Assembly (NCBI GenBank): GCA_951406725.2
Contig: OX597825.1
Location: 41,044,001 to 41,108,000, forward strand
Source of the DNA: Octopus vulgaris
Taxonomy: Eukaryota
Reading direction: 5' to 3'
DNA: 64,000 bases
Made by a program: the position numbers and the translations under genes. Positions within the stretch are counted from its first letter, which is position 1. Every line of letters begins with the position of its first letter. Shown here piece after piece: positions 1 to 12,559 of the stretch. The notes beneath the pieces were generated by a model, which did not search any database, was not told where the DNA came from, and saw only the letters and a list, made by a program, of their open reading frames with translations.

Positions 1-290
1 CAGGCAAATGTCTCCAACAATAGCCTCAGCTAACCAAAGCCTTGTGAGTGGATTTCAAAGATGGAAACTAGAAGGGGCCCATTGTGTGTGTGTGTATATG
101 TGTCCCTCACCATTGATTCATAATTGGCATTGGTGCGTTTATGTCTATGTAACTTAGTAGTTCAGCAAGAGAAAACAATAGAGTAAATACCAGGCTCTAA
201 AAAGTTGAGTTGATTCATTTGACTAAAAATTCAAGTTGGTGCTCCAGCATGGCCAGAGTGTACTGAACGAAACAAGTAAAAGATAAAAGT
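1..290 (+). mobile_element. tRNA-derived SINE, 3' portion (abundant local family)
   Basis: Shares blocks AAAGCCTTGTGAGTGGATTT / GGAAACT / (TG)n / CCAGCATGGCCA with the copies at about 16965, 30270 and 58243. Confidence 0.8.
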
Positions 291-883
291 TAAAGGCACA
301 TATAGACTTGCCTATACATACCCAAATACTTACATTTATGAACACAGCATAGGTATACACACAGGTTTGTATACATACACAAATATATTTATATTCTCCT
401 AAGATAATTTCCATCATGAAGATCTTTCTATATCTGAATGTAGATGAATGTGTTAAATATAAATGTACACCCTTGTATTTCAATCACTGCTGCTTTGAGA
501 GCCTCTGGTTTATTAGAAACCTGTGACAGATAGATTTTGGAATACATAACTGTTGATAGGTAATGATGCAGACACACACATGTTCTATGATCTGATGTTG
601 TCTCTTTCCTCACAGAGACTGTAAAGATAATTCTCTCAGGAGACAATTTCTACAGCAAAAGTTTCACAGTGTCCAAAGCTACAAGAATATGTTAAATATA
701 ATCATACATACCTATATTTCAATCAATGCTATTATTTATAGCTTTATATGTATTTCAAGAACAAATTCCAAAATGAGAGTTATTCCATGTTCTCTTGAAT
801 GTTTTGTAAATTCTTATGATGTGAGCAAAATACAATTCTTGCTGATGAGAATAAAGTTTCTAAAATGGACAGAGAAGTTCTAA

Positions 884-953
884 GGATTGCTTTGGTACAA
901 TGGTAGCATGCTTGTTGTGTATACAGATGTGGGTTTGATTTTTGTGGGCTGCC
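884..953 (+). pseudogene. Decayed tRNA-like sequence (Thr-TGT-like), copy 1
   Basis: A-box-like TGGTACAATGG, anticodon arm CTTGT-TGTGTAT-ACAG, B-box-like GGTTTGATT, followed by a T-run. Confidence 0.45.
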
Positions 954-1158
954 TTCAATTTTTTTTTCTAACTAAAAGGGGATTTTCAATCCAATATTTA
1001 CATGTTGTTGCTTATAGCTATTATATGTACTTTGAGAATCAATTCCAAAATTCAAATAATCTGTGAACTCTTGGAAGTTTATAAATTCATATAGTGTCAA
1101 CTAAATACAATTCTCAAAGGTAAGAATAATGTTTCTAAAATGGCCAGAAAAGTTTCAA

Positions 1159-1231
1159 GGATTGCTTTGGTCCAATGGTAAAATGCCTATCATGTTCACA
1201 GGAAATGTATGTTTGAGTCCCACAAACATCC
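1159..1231 (+). pseudogene. Decayed tRNA-like sequence (Thr-TGT-like), copy 2
   Basis: GGAT...ATCC acceptor ends, A-box TGGTCCAATGG, CCT..(TGT)..AGG arm, B-box-like GTTTGAGTCCC, then TTTT. Confidence 0.55.
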
Positions 1232-1320
1232 TTTTAACTTTTCTATTCCAAAATGGGTTTCTCAACTCAATATTTATAACTTTATATATATAACATTATA
1301 TATAAGTGCATATATATATA

Positions 1321-1532
1321 GTACCTCCTGACTGGCCCTTGTGCCAGTGGCACGTAAAAGTATCCACTACACTCTCGGAGTGGTTGGCATTAGGAAGCGC
1401 ATCTAGCTGTAGAAACACTGCCAGATCAGATTGGAGTTGGTGCAGCCATCTGGTTCGCTAGACCTCAGTCAAATCGTCCAACCCATGCTAGCATGGAAAG
1501 CAGATGTTAAACGATGATGATGATGATGATGA
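1321..1532 (+). mobile_element. RTE-tailed SINE fragment
   Basis: GTGGTTGGCATTAGGAAG...CAACCCATGCTAGCATGGAAAG..GTTAAACGATGATGAT tail; related copies at 7550-7930 (-) and 56740-56950. Confidence 0.8.
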
Positions 1533-1536
1533 TATA

Positions 1537-2401
1537 CATAGGGTGATGGGTAAATTGTCACCATTTTATATCTTTAATTTCATGCATAGTTTGTTTTTGA
1601 CTTTATCAACTAAACAGTAAAAGAGGATCAGTTGGGCACTGTCCGGGAGAAAAACAGCACCATCACACAATTCACTCTGCCAGAAATTTGGGAACAACTT
1701 GCTGTACTGCTTGGCATTTGTGCAAGAAACTCCAATACATACATTTCAGAGTGTTTGTGTGTCAATCTGAGGACATGTACCAAGAGTGCTAAAATTGAAC
1801 ATCCAGTTAACATCATTGTGTTTGGTGTGATCACTAGTGATGGCAACGTTTTGCCTCCATTCATCTGCCTACATGACCTCACACTCTACACAAAGGCCTA
1901 CATTGAGTGCCTTGAGGAGGTAGTGCTGCCCTGGGTCAAAAGGGTGGCTGCTGGAAGACCATATGTCTGGTAACAGGACTCTGCACCATGCTATAGAAGC
2001 AGGAGAACCCAGTCATGGCTGTCAGACAATTTCTGCAACCACATCACCCCTAAAACCTGGCCACTTAACTCCCCAGACTGCAATACCCTTGATTATTATG
2101 TGTGGAGCACAGTTGAGTGAAAGACCAACAAAACTCCTTGTGACACCAAAGATAAACAGATTCAAGGATTATAGCAGCATTCACCATCTTAAACAAAGAG
2201 AACTTCTAGAAGAGTAACAGAAGATTCTGAAGTCGTCTGGAGGCCATGCTTGAAGCCAATGGCAATTTCGTTGAATAAATTTACTCTTTAGTATCTCAAG
2301 ATAATTTTATGTAATTTTTGTAAATTTATCTGTTATAATGAGACATCAGCATTATTTTAATTTCTGCGTAATTTAAATGACAACATATTCACCAAACCCT
2401 G
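1537..2401 (+). mobile_element. Tc1/mariner (maT/DD37D-like) internally deleted transposon
   Basis: TIRs CA(T/C)AGGGTG..GGTAAATTGTCA / TGACAACATATTCACCAAACCCTG flanked by TA. Broken transposase reads VFGVITSDG...YVW*QDSAPC...WPLNSPDCNTLDYYVW. Confidence 0.9.
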
Positions 2402-2455
2402 TATACATATATATTTATACATAATGTTTTCTTTCCTGGTGAAAGCTGGTTTGTA

Positions 2456-2514
2456 GGGTTACCTTGGGTTTCTTGTCCATAAAGGGTTTAACTTTATGGT
2501 GTGTCTTCAGACCC
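2456..2514 (-). ncRNA. Type I hammerhead ribozyme motif, canonical core
   Basis: Minus strand: GGGT-CTGAAGA-caca-CCATAAAG ttaaacc CTTTATGG-acaa-GAAA-CC caa GG-TA-ACCC. Stem I GGGT/ACCC, 8-bp stem II, GUA site. Confidence 0.8.
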
Positions 2515-2910
2515 CAAGACCTGTTTGGCCTATGACCTCTATAAAATATGGAAGGGGGCAAAGTGTGGATTATCTCCCTTTTCTAATGGATATTGACTTC
2601 CAGCCATACTGTCATCGATCAGCTATGTGGTTAACAACAGGGGATTATCTCTTTCTCCCATTAGCTATCAGCTTCCGGCAGTTCCCAAAAGGCCGGCACA
2701 AATCTCCTAAAACACAAACAGGAATTTTCTGCTGGCATTTTGGGAACTGCCAGAAGCTGATAGCTAATGGGAGAGGGAGATAATCCCCTGTTGTTTACCC
2801 TCATAGCTGATCGATGGTAGTACGGCCGGAAGTCAATATCCATTAGCAAAGGGAGATAATGCACACTTTTCTCCTCCATATTCTATAGAGGTCATAGGCC
2901 AACAGGTCTT

Positions 2911-2972
2911 GGGAACCTGATGATACGCCATAAAGTTAAACCCTTTATGGGCAGGAAACCCAAGGTAACCCC
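2911..2972 (+). ncRNA. Type I hammerhead ribozyme motif (stem I partly decayed)
   Basis: CTGATGA-tacg-CCATAAAG ttaaacc CTTTATGG-gcag-GAAAC-CCAAG-GTA-ACCC. Confidence 0.75.
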
Positions 2973-3149
2973 ATAAACCAGCCTTCCCCAGGAAATATAT
3001 AGACTGATCTACTTCTTAGAGTGTGCTACTTCTCTGGATTTATGTTTTTCGGAAAACAATACACACACACATAGACACAGAGTCAGATACTCGCACACAC
3101 AGACACACATAAATGTGTATAATATGTATGCATGTGTGTATATTTTATT

Positions 3150-3520
3150 TAAGTTCTTCTGAAGTGAGTTTAAGCCAGTCACTAAGAAATTGAAAAGACT
3201 TTTTGAGTTGACGTGTTCCAAGTTTCTCAAAAAAATGTTTTTGAGATGTTGTGTTAGTTAAGCTGTCATGTACACCCAAGCAAGTGCATCTATTCACCTA
3301 AAGAATCTTGATATGCACAAATGTGAATTAATTGTCAGAGTACTAGTGCTACAAGTTCCACATTAATACACCATAAATGTTCCCTTTTTTCCTAGACATT
3401 AGATTATATCTGGTACTTAAGAAGTTCCTGTCAGTCTGGCAGCTGATCTCTACAACAGTGTATGACTTTTGCTCCATGTTCCATACAACAATATCTAGCC
3501 TTTTGTGATTTATTAGAAGC
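3150..3520 (-). mobile_element. Non-LTR retrotransposon restriction-like endonuclease (REL) remnant, R4-like
   Basis: Minus-strand translation NHKRLDIVVWNMEQKSYTVVEISCQTDRN matches the RPD(I/L)V...(I/V)E(I/V)SCP REL motif. Confidence 0.65.
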
Positions 3521-6500
3521 TCTGAAACTGCTCACAGAGAGGTAAGATGCTATTCTCAAATCAGACACCTAACCTGAATGCTTGCCACAGAATGGACACT
3601 GTGAAAGGCAACTAAGAGACAAGTGGTGATGTTGAACTCTGCAAAGTGTTCAAACTACCACATAAATGAGCTATGACTGGATTTGAACTCAGAAAGAGCA
3701 AAGGACCAGGATAAATATAGAAACAAACAGCCCTTCCTATGATTTAGCAGGAATACAAAAAAGCCAAAATAAAAAATACTGCAAGGCATTTCATACAATA
3801 ACCTTAACACTTCTGTCAATTTGCCAAATCTGTCTGTCTGTCTATCTAACTCTTTCTGTGTATTTTTTATTTCACAGGGAAAGAGTGAATCAAGTGCAAT
3901 TTGTATACTCTTCAATGTTAAGCTATGAGAAAAGCTGTTCATTAATCAGTGGATGAAATGTATTAAACAGTGTGTCATGACATTGTGGGGGAATAAAATT
4001 GTAGTGGAAGAATAGGACAAAACAAGACACACGAAAAAGGGAAAGAAAAAAGATGAAGAACTACTGAAGCCATCTCTGGAAATATATATGTGTATAAGCT
4101 GTCAAGTTGCAATGAGGCTGGGTGAAAACAAATGGAGCTACACTGCACCATAAACCCTTCCATCTCAAGCAAAAAAAGACACACAAAAACAAAAAAAGAA
4201 AACATGATAATAATGACAAGCATGATGATGATGATGATGATGAAGAAATTAATGATGATGATGATTTACTTTATTATTATAAACGACACTGAAGTTTTCT
4301 TTCCTTTCTCCTACAATTCTCTCTCTCCCTCTCTCTTTTATTCCTTTCTTTATATCCCGTATGCAAACACACACACACACACACACAATATCAAATCCAC
4401 AAATTTGGTCATTTCCACGCTAAAGCTAAAGTCATCATATCTGCTATTGAAAATGATTACATTTACTATAACATCAGATTTACTTCCCATTATGCTAGAT
4501 TCACCAAAGCATAAAAATGAGGATATTATGGCTTTGAAAAGTTTGCAAAGTAATAAATATCTGATTTATATTAAATCACCTTAAATTTTATTGATTGAAA
4601 ACACAATGCCGGTGCAGCAGTGTGTACTGCTGTTAATTTTGAACAGACAGCAGATTTACCAACAACAGCCACATATATTTTCAAGGTTTATTGACACTTA
4701 GCAAATAGAGATAAAGCTTTTAAGGCACAAATGTAGATTGGAAATTGGAATTGAGTCTCTTTGACACCAAACCAAAATATTCTGCAGATGTTATGATTGG
4801 AGATATTAAAGAGCAGTTTCTGGCATCAACTAACTCTGAACAATGATCCTGATAAAGTACAGAATTTAAGCATTGCATTATTTATGCTAGTGTCTGTGTG
4901 TGTATGTGTTTACACCATATGACTATATATGTGCTTGTGTGTATTTTTGCAGAGTGTATATGCACTAGTCTTTTGTAATGTGAGTATACATGTGTGCATG
5001 GTGCATTATGTACATATACATGTGTGAATGTTTGTGAATGCGTGTAGTTTTGCACTGCTTATGTGTGCTATTTTGTTGTATGCATGCATGAGTGTATGAT
5101 TGCACTATGAGCATAAGCATGTACTTGTATGAAGTATATGTTTGTGTTTATGCACTGTGTATGTGTGTTTATGTATGTGTGTGTTATGCTATTTGGGTGT
5201 ATATCTATTTTTGCATTATATGTATATGTTTATGTATGTTAATGTTTTCTTCTTATTTATTTGTTAGGTCAAAAGAGGATAGTATCTATGACTCTCACAG
5301 GCCCTCCTGATGTGGTATTATTGATCTGGCCAATTCCTAATATGAGCATCTGCAGATCAATGTTTGCATAGAAATCTGTGGAGGAGATAGTAATCAGGTA
5401 GTGCATAGTTAATGCTATCATAAGTGTTCAAGGACCACGTTGTGGTATTAATATGTATGAATGTGTTGTGTGTGCATCAGTGTATTTGCATTTTATAATA
5501 AAACCTCCCTAGATCTCATAAAAAATAGCAAAATTTCATTATAGAATAAATTATGAAAACAATATGCATGAAAAGGTGAGAAATATAACTGAGTTTTAAA
5601 GATAGAATCATGCTGATGTGAAAAGTTTGAGATGCCATGGTGTGGGTGTAAATCATTTGGTATAGTAAACTTTCACCCTATATCTGTGAAGTATCTAATT
5701 TTCTCTGGTACTTACATCCCATCCATCCATCTCTCCAGCCAGCCATAAGTTCATCCAATTATCCATCTATCCATCCATCCAAATATCTATCTATTGCAGT
5801 CACACCCTTTCTTTATTTATTCTTTCACAATATGTGAATATAAATCAAACTCTATACTTGACTACTACTTCATTTCGTCAAATACAGGAGGATGAAAGAC
5901 AAAGTTGACATATACAAGATTTCAACTTTGCAAGTAAAGAGTTTTAAGTGAATACAACACAGTGTGTTGTTCAATGCTCTAAAGATTCTACCAATCCACT
6001 GGAAAAAGAAGTTCCAGACAGTGTAATGAGGGAGATATAGTCTACTAAAACCCATTGAGAGCAATGCTTTTATATAGCTGTAGACCAATAATTGAAATGA
6101 TGAACAGAATACACACGTATAATATAACAGAGCTATGTATATTTATGTATGTGTGTGTCTAAGTATATATATATATGCATCCGCTTTAACCACCATCACT
6201 TGTAATTTCTCTCAAGAGATGATGTTGAAATCATATATAAGTTTTGATTTATTTTTATCTCTTTTTATTCTTTCTTTGTAATCTTCCCTATAATGGACAA
6301 TACTGTATTTTCTACACCTTCTTGTACTTCCTTCTATCCATCATAATTGCTTCTTTCATTCATACACAGTCACTCATTCAATCTCTTTCTTTCACTCGTC
6401 TTCATGACATCACTTTTACGCTCTAACTTATTTCTGACTTTTTTCTTAGAATCTCCTGCTTCTATTTTCCAATAAACGGCACACAACCTACTTCTTACTC

Positions 6501-7549
6501 TTCAAATATCCTTTTTACAACTTCTTTTTCATTCAACTATTCATTTTCTCTCTCTTTCTCTCTCTCTCTCTCTCCATCTTTCACATATACGTGTATCTCT
6601 GTACGTTAATTTGATGCACACTAAACACCTATGAACGAAACATGATTATTTACTATGTACAGTCATACTTAATGTGTGTGAACATTTGGACATGGAAGGA
6701 CAATATGTTGCGCATGCTGTCCTGAAAGAAGAAATCCTCTTTAAAGACAATATGAGTGTAAACATACTACTACGCCATGAATGATGTCACCAGACCATAG
6801 GAAGCATATGTTTTTGTGTTGCTACACTCATTCAGCTACATGTGCCATCATTCATGACCACTAATAGCTGTTCCCTCGTATATTAGTATAGCAAAGGATA
6901 TATTTGCTAATCTGCAAAAGCTTTGTCTAGCTAGAATATATTTATCAGATGTGCACAAAATAGTGTTGAATGAAATATAGTTAAGTCATATTTAACAAGA
7001 TCACATACATTCAGACATGGAAAGACAAACATTTATTTTCTTGATACAGCTTGTATGCTCAGTATGACTGTACATAACTAGTTTTCAGTTAATGTTGTGT
7101 AGTACATGTCTAATTCCTATATTACAGCCTGACAAATCTTTACATACATCAGAAATGGCACCGTTTGATATTCTAATACAAGAGCAACCAGATCTTAGTG
7201 GCCATGAACCGTGGCTTATTATATATGTAGCTGATGAAATGTACCAAGACAGGAACACATGTCCTATGATTAGGTGATGTCACTTACAACTTGGTGGTGT
7301 GTTTACACCCATAGTGTCTATGAAAAGATTTTTTTCTCTCAACACAAATTGTGTAGTATATATGATATACATAATATTGTGGATACAAACTTGGAAAGGA
7401 AGATACCTAAAAAGAGATGCAAAGAGAGTTATGATATGAAATGGTAGTCAAAGAAACCAATAAAAAGGCAAGTGAATAGAAAGAAAGAGAGATAGAAAGT
7501 TAGATAGAGAATACACACACATGGATATATATATATATATATAATAGCA

Positions 7550-7930
7550 TCATCATGAATTATTATCTGTTTTCCATGCTGGCATGGGTTAAATGGAGCT
7601 TGTAAGCCAGAGAGCTGCACCAGGCTCCAGTCTGCTTTGGCTTGGTTTTTTTAGATGGATACCCTTCCTAATGCCAGCCACTCCACAGAGTGTGTTTGCT
7701 ATCTTTTATGTGTCACCAGCACAGGTACCCTTTATGTGATACTGGCACAGGCGCCTTTCCTATGCCACTGGCATGGATGCCTTTGACATGTGACCAGCAT
7801 AGCACCCTTTCACATGTCACCAATACAGGTGCCTTTCATGTGTCACAGGCATGGATGCCTTTCATGTATCACCAGCACTGGCCACATCCATGATTTCAGT
7901 TAGCTTGATGTGTTTTCTCAAGTACGGCAA
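7550..7930 (-). mobile_element. RTE-tailed SINE with internal tandem repeats of about 22 bp
   Basis: TTTCCATGCTGGCATGGGTT...CCTTCCTAATGCCA; repeated TGCCTTT(C/T)ATGTG.CAC units. Confidence 0.7.
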
Positions 7931-8169
7931 ATCAGCATACATACGCACACATACACACATGGCTATGTGGCTCAAAAGCCAACTTTTCAACCATGTAGTT
8001 TCAAATTTAAACCCAGTATATGAGGAAATATGTTCTACTATAGCCCACAACCAAGGTCTTATGATTGAATTTGTTGGATAGAAATTTGGAGATTGTGTGG
8101 GTGCCCATTATGTATGTGTGTGTATGTTAATATAAGTATGCAGGTATGTAAATAAGTATATGTGTGTGT

Positions 8170-8176
8170 GAGACAG

Positions 8177-8208
<32 letters not shown>

Positions 8209-8219
8209 ATAGAGAGATA

Positions 8220-8251
<32 letters not shown>

Positions 8252-8264
8252 TAGAGAGATAGAG

Positions 8265-8315
<51 letters not shown>
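8170..8315. repeat. (AG)n/(AGAT)n compound microsatellite
   Basis: Direct reading. Confidence 0.95.
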
Positions 8316-8317
<2 letters not shown>

Positions 8318-8612
8318 CTTCAGTCAGAAATGACCAAGAGATTGCACCTAGAAAGTTCCATTCTGAAGCACAAGTCCAGGTAAGTTTGTTTGTGGAAGAC
8401 TAGCAGTTACCTACGCATACCATGGGAAAGGTGAAGGTGTTGATACAGCTTGGCACCAGTAATTTTGCAACTCATTTTTTCTGCTCAATGAACTGGAGTG
8501 ATGTGAAATAAAGTGTCATTCTCAAGAATATGACACACAGCCCAGACTGGGAACTGAGCTCACAATCTCATGATTGTAAACTCAATGATCTAACAACTGA
8601 GCCATGCACCTT
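8315..8612 (-). mobile_element. SINE-like repeat
   Basis: Similar to 34940-35230 (ATTGCACC.AGAAAGTT...GTTT.TGGAAGAC...GAACTGGA..ATG.GAAATAAAGTGTC), with a tRNA-like head on the minus strand. Confidence 0.6.
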
Positions 8613-8644
8613 CATATATACATATTTATATATATGTATGTATG

Positions 8645-8676
<32 letters not shown>

Positions 8677-8677
<1 letters not shown>

Positions 8678-9232
8678 GGTGGCTGCCCCCTTGTCATCGA
8701 GTATGGCCATTGCACGAAGCTTAATCAATGTTGTTATCGTGCAATGCCTGTGCAAGAAAATTTTTTTAAAGTGAGGAAAGGCTGTGCACTGAGTCAATCC
8801 CACTCACTAAGCAACAGCAGCCATAATCCGAAAAGAAGAACAAGTCAACATCATCGATAACCACTGAGCCGCAGGTTTTATTTCAGAGTTATCCCAGTTA
8901 CCCGAGTTACCTTCTCCTAGAAGGATGCCCCAACAAAGGCTAGGAGTCCTTCACTTCCAATGGTTTAACCACGCGATCGGGTATTCAGTCCGATTATTTC
9001 TATGTCCCCGCGCATGATACAGCCTTAAGACATTTATTGGATGGCCTTTGACTCTCATGAGTTCCTCAGCCCTTTGACGGGCTTTGTTTTTCATACTGCA
9101 GAGTGACCAATAAACACCCTCCTCACCAAGCAAGCTTGGTGGGGTTGCCGGTTTAGTCGCCGACGACCCGACCATGCAACAGGTTGTACTGGGTTACATG
9201 TTACCAGTAGCACTCGAAAGTGACCGGACATA
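8677..9232. mobile_element. GC/CpG-rich insertion resembling an RTE-type LINE 5' UTR derivative
   Basis: Sharply higher GC and CpG, set between (TA)n and (CATA)n. Motifs GAGTTACCTTCTCCTAG..CAAAGGCTA and CCAGTAGCACTCGA resemble, from memory, RTE leaders. Confidence 0.4.
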
Positions 9233-9730
9233 AATATATACATATACATACATACATACATACATACATACATACATACATACATACATACTGATGATGA
9301 TGATAGTAGCATGATTTTACTAAAGGACTTCTTATATCAGTACATGTCCAGACATTTTCATACGAGAAATATAAACAATGCAGTGGATTCTAGTACATAG
9401 ATGTTACTTGTTTTATTGAACATGGAATAATAAAATGCCAAGTCAACATCATTGGGATTTCAAATTAAATTATAAATGGATGAATGTAAATACAGTCAAA
9501 CATTCTATCTGGCAATCTACAGTCTCTGACATTCTACCATTCTGATCTGAACCAATGTTATTCAATTGCATTTACATGAGGAATATCCTATATAGTTGCT
9601 GATGCTACAGATTTTGCAGCAAGTTGGATCTGCAGCAGCCTTGGATCCAGCAAAGTCTGTTCAAGAAATGCATTAAACTCTCAGTTGTTGAATCACTCTG
9701 CAAATTCAGTTGATTATTAATAAAAAAAAC

Positions 9731-9761
<31 letters not shown>

Positions 9762-10099
9762 AAATAGAGATACAGAGAGACAGACATGTGCATGTGTTTG
9801 TGTCTCTTTGAGCCATCTTGTGATAGCTGTAGTATAAGTGCCAATATTATACAAGCAGTGTCATTGATTTCCAGTATTCTATGAGAAAATAATGGGCCAT
9901 GGGAAAATATTGCTTGGAAACAGGTGAGAGATGGCAACAGGAATGGCATCTGGTGGCTGAATATCTGCCTCAATAAACTCTGATCTTTAGAAGCTTGGAA
10001 AGGGGGACATTAAAACAATGAAGATGATATACATGCACAAACATATTTACCAATACATAAAAATACATATATGCATATGTATTTCATTCCTCTTTCCCA

Positions 10100-10680
10100 T
10101 TTAACACTCCTTTCAGATATGCAGACATCCCCCCACACACACACACTCTCTCACAAGACAATGATAAAAAGGAAATCCAGACAATTTTTTGAAAAGTGAC
10201 ATTGTGGCACACCTTGGAGTAACCAGCTGGATTTACTATTGCTAAAAGACAAGAATTGATTGTTATTGACAAACTGACCAGCTGCAAATATATCAACCAA
10301 AATTTTTTCTTCTTTCTCTCCTTCTTCCTTTCCTTCTCTCTTTTTCTCTAACACCTCTTTCAGATACAAAAACACACACATACACACACACACGCGTGCA
10401 CATATACACGCACTCTCTCTCACAAGACAATGATAAAAAGAAAATACAGACAATTTATTGAAAAGTGACATCCCACCTCCTTGGAGTAAACAGCTGGATT
10501 TGCCATTACTAAAACCCAAGAATCCATTATTATTGACAACCTGACCAGTTGCAAAGAGATCGACAAAAATGTTTTCTTCTTTCTCTCCCTTTTCTTCCTT
10601 TCCTTCTTTTCCTTTAACACCTCATTCAGATACAAACACACACACACACATACACACTCACACACATGCTCTCTCTCACT
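10100..10680. repeat. Tandem repeat, unit about 250-266 bp, about 2.3 copies
   Basis: AACAC..C.TTCAGATA-(CA)n recurs at about 10102, 10350 and 10616; the downstream CTCACAAGACAATGATAAAAAG block is present in the first two units only. Confidence 0.9.
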
Positions 10681-10974
10681 CTCTCCCCATTCATCACCCT
10701 TTTGTACTATCTTATATCTCTCCTCGGCACTACACATTCAATAATACTATAAAAAGAGTCAAAATTCCTGCAAAAACTTAGTTCAATTTGAAGACTCCAC
10801 TAGAATGGACAAAAACGCTATTATATGATATATACTATATGATGTATAAAAACATGTAATATACTAATAAATATCTGTAAATGTAAAACTATCCAGATTT
10901 TTGAGTACCTCATTTCTTCTAATATGTAAAGATATATTTACATATATGCATGCACACAAACACACACACTTAAA

Positions 10975-11300
10975 TTCTTTCATTCTTTTACTTGTTTCAG
11001 TAATTTGACTGTAACCATATTCTATTTGCTGAACCACTTATTTACAGGAATGTAAACATATCAACATCGGTTGTCAAATGATGGTTGGGTGACAAACATA
11101 GACACAAAGACAAGTACACATAATATATACTTATACATGTATACGATGGGCTTCTTTCAGTTTCCTTCTATCAAATCCACTCACAAGGATTTAGTCAGCC
11201 TGAGGCTAATTGTAGAAGACACTTGCTCAAGGTGCCATGCAGTGAGATTGAACCCAGAGCCATGCGCTTGGGAAGCAAGCTTCTTACCACACAGCCACAC
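10975..11300 (-). mobile_element. tRNA-derived SINE
   Basis: TTTTACTTGTTTCAGT..TTTGACTG...AAATCCACTCACAAGG...TTCTTACCACACAGCCAC; reverse of the common family. Confidence 0.85.
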
Positions 11301-12559
11301 AAATATATATTCATCCAAACAAGATGACATCATAGTGGCAAAGATCAATGAGCTGGTAGGTAGGAAAGCCCTGAAATGCAAGTATGAGGTCGAGTGCTTT
11401 TTCTCTGAAGACCCTCCATTGTTCAACTCTCCCTAGAATTTCTTGCTACCTGTATACATACAAATATATAAATATCTTTATACACAAATTCATGTATACA
11501 CATATACATGCATATGTTCTATACTACATGTATAAATACATGTAAAAACATTTATATGTGCACATAAGGGAAGTTCTCACCTGCTGGCTTGCTTGGACCT
11601 CAGTTACTGCATTATATATACAAGTGTACAACTGTGCATAAAATTTGTTATTTAAATATCTCTACAAAACTACTTATGTTTGCACAACCATCAGATTCAT
11701 ATATAATACACACACACACACACACATACACACACACACACACACACACAGAGAATGCCAGACTGACAGATAGATAGATATTTTACTGTTCTATTGTTGT
11801 AAGATAAACAAAAAAATTGTACTCCATCGAGTGAGAGATAAATCTCATTTATGCAAATGTTATTAACAGCTCAAACGTGTTTGTGGCACATTCAAACCTG
11901 TAAGCAAGCCATTCACTGTGTTTCGTCATGGAGAAAAGCAAGCCACATCATTGCTTTCCACTCCCACCCAGTAAATTTCATTTAATGTACATAGTCTAAA
12001 GATTCAAGTACTAATAGTTTCTTGCCTGGAGATGCAGAGACAGGCAACTTTTCATAGCCCACTTTGTGTCTCCAAGCGATCTTTAGGCTCTCTGCCAGTG
12101 CTATCAAAGCCACTCACCTGATGATGTGCCAGTACTCAGTGGCAGCTGGATCGTATTTATTTATGCAATTATTTATAAAATAATTTATGTAATAGTTTGA
12201 TATGGAAAACTCAGCAACTAAAAACTACTTCCATTGCACAGAAAAAATTGTTGTGATTTGTTCATTCCATTTTCTTGTTTTAAAATTTTTATATAAATTC
12301 TGCATGCATTGAAAGAGTTCCACGTGTATATCCAGCCAAAAGGAATAATTATACTATGTGATGACATATGGTAGCCAATAACAGTATAGGAGCTTTGAAA
12401 TGCTTGTCAAGAGGTTATCACCCAGATGATAATCATCGAGATTATACATGTGTGTGTGTGTGTATGTATGTGAGTAAACACCAAATTATGCATAACACAG
12501 CATGGATAAATCAAAGGTAAAAACACAGCAAACGGAAATCATCAAAACATAACAAGCCA

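Larger units (their letters stand above)
720..1280. repeat. Diverged tandem duplication, unit about 275 bp
   Basis: AATTCCAAAAT...AAATACAATTCT...GTTTCTAAAATGG...AAGGATTGCTTTGGT(A/C)CAATGGTA recurs at a 275 bp offset (884 vs 1159). Confidence 0.85.
2432..2995. mobile_element. About 560 bp fold-back palindromic element with a hammerhead motif in each arm (family A)
   Basis: The left half (TTTCCTGG...) is the reverse complement of the right half (...CCAGGAAA) almost to the centre near 2700-2725. Confidence 0.9.

Noticed and set aside
428-646. Minus-strand ORF with a protein-like segment (YSKIYLSQVSNKPEALKAAVIEIQG)
   Set aside because: Too short, no motif, splice signals unconvincing.
4132-4584. 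150-aa ORF with poly-Met
   Set aside because: Driven by (ATG)n and (CA)n repeats.
7700-7890. About 22-bp repeated units resembling a CRISPR array
   Set aside because: No unique spacers, eukaryotic context and no cas genes; this is an internal minisatellite of a SINE.
10785-10825. TTGAAGA-cTCCA ctagaa TGGA-caAAAAC, HHR-like
   Set aside because: The GAAA box is mutated and stems I/III are not supportable from this copy.
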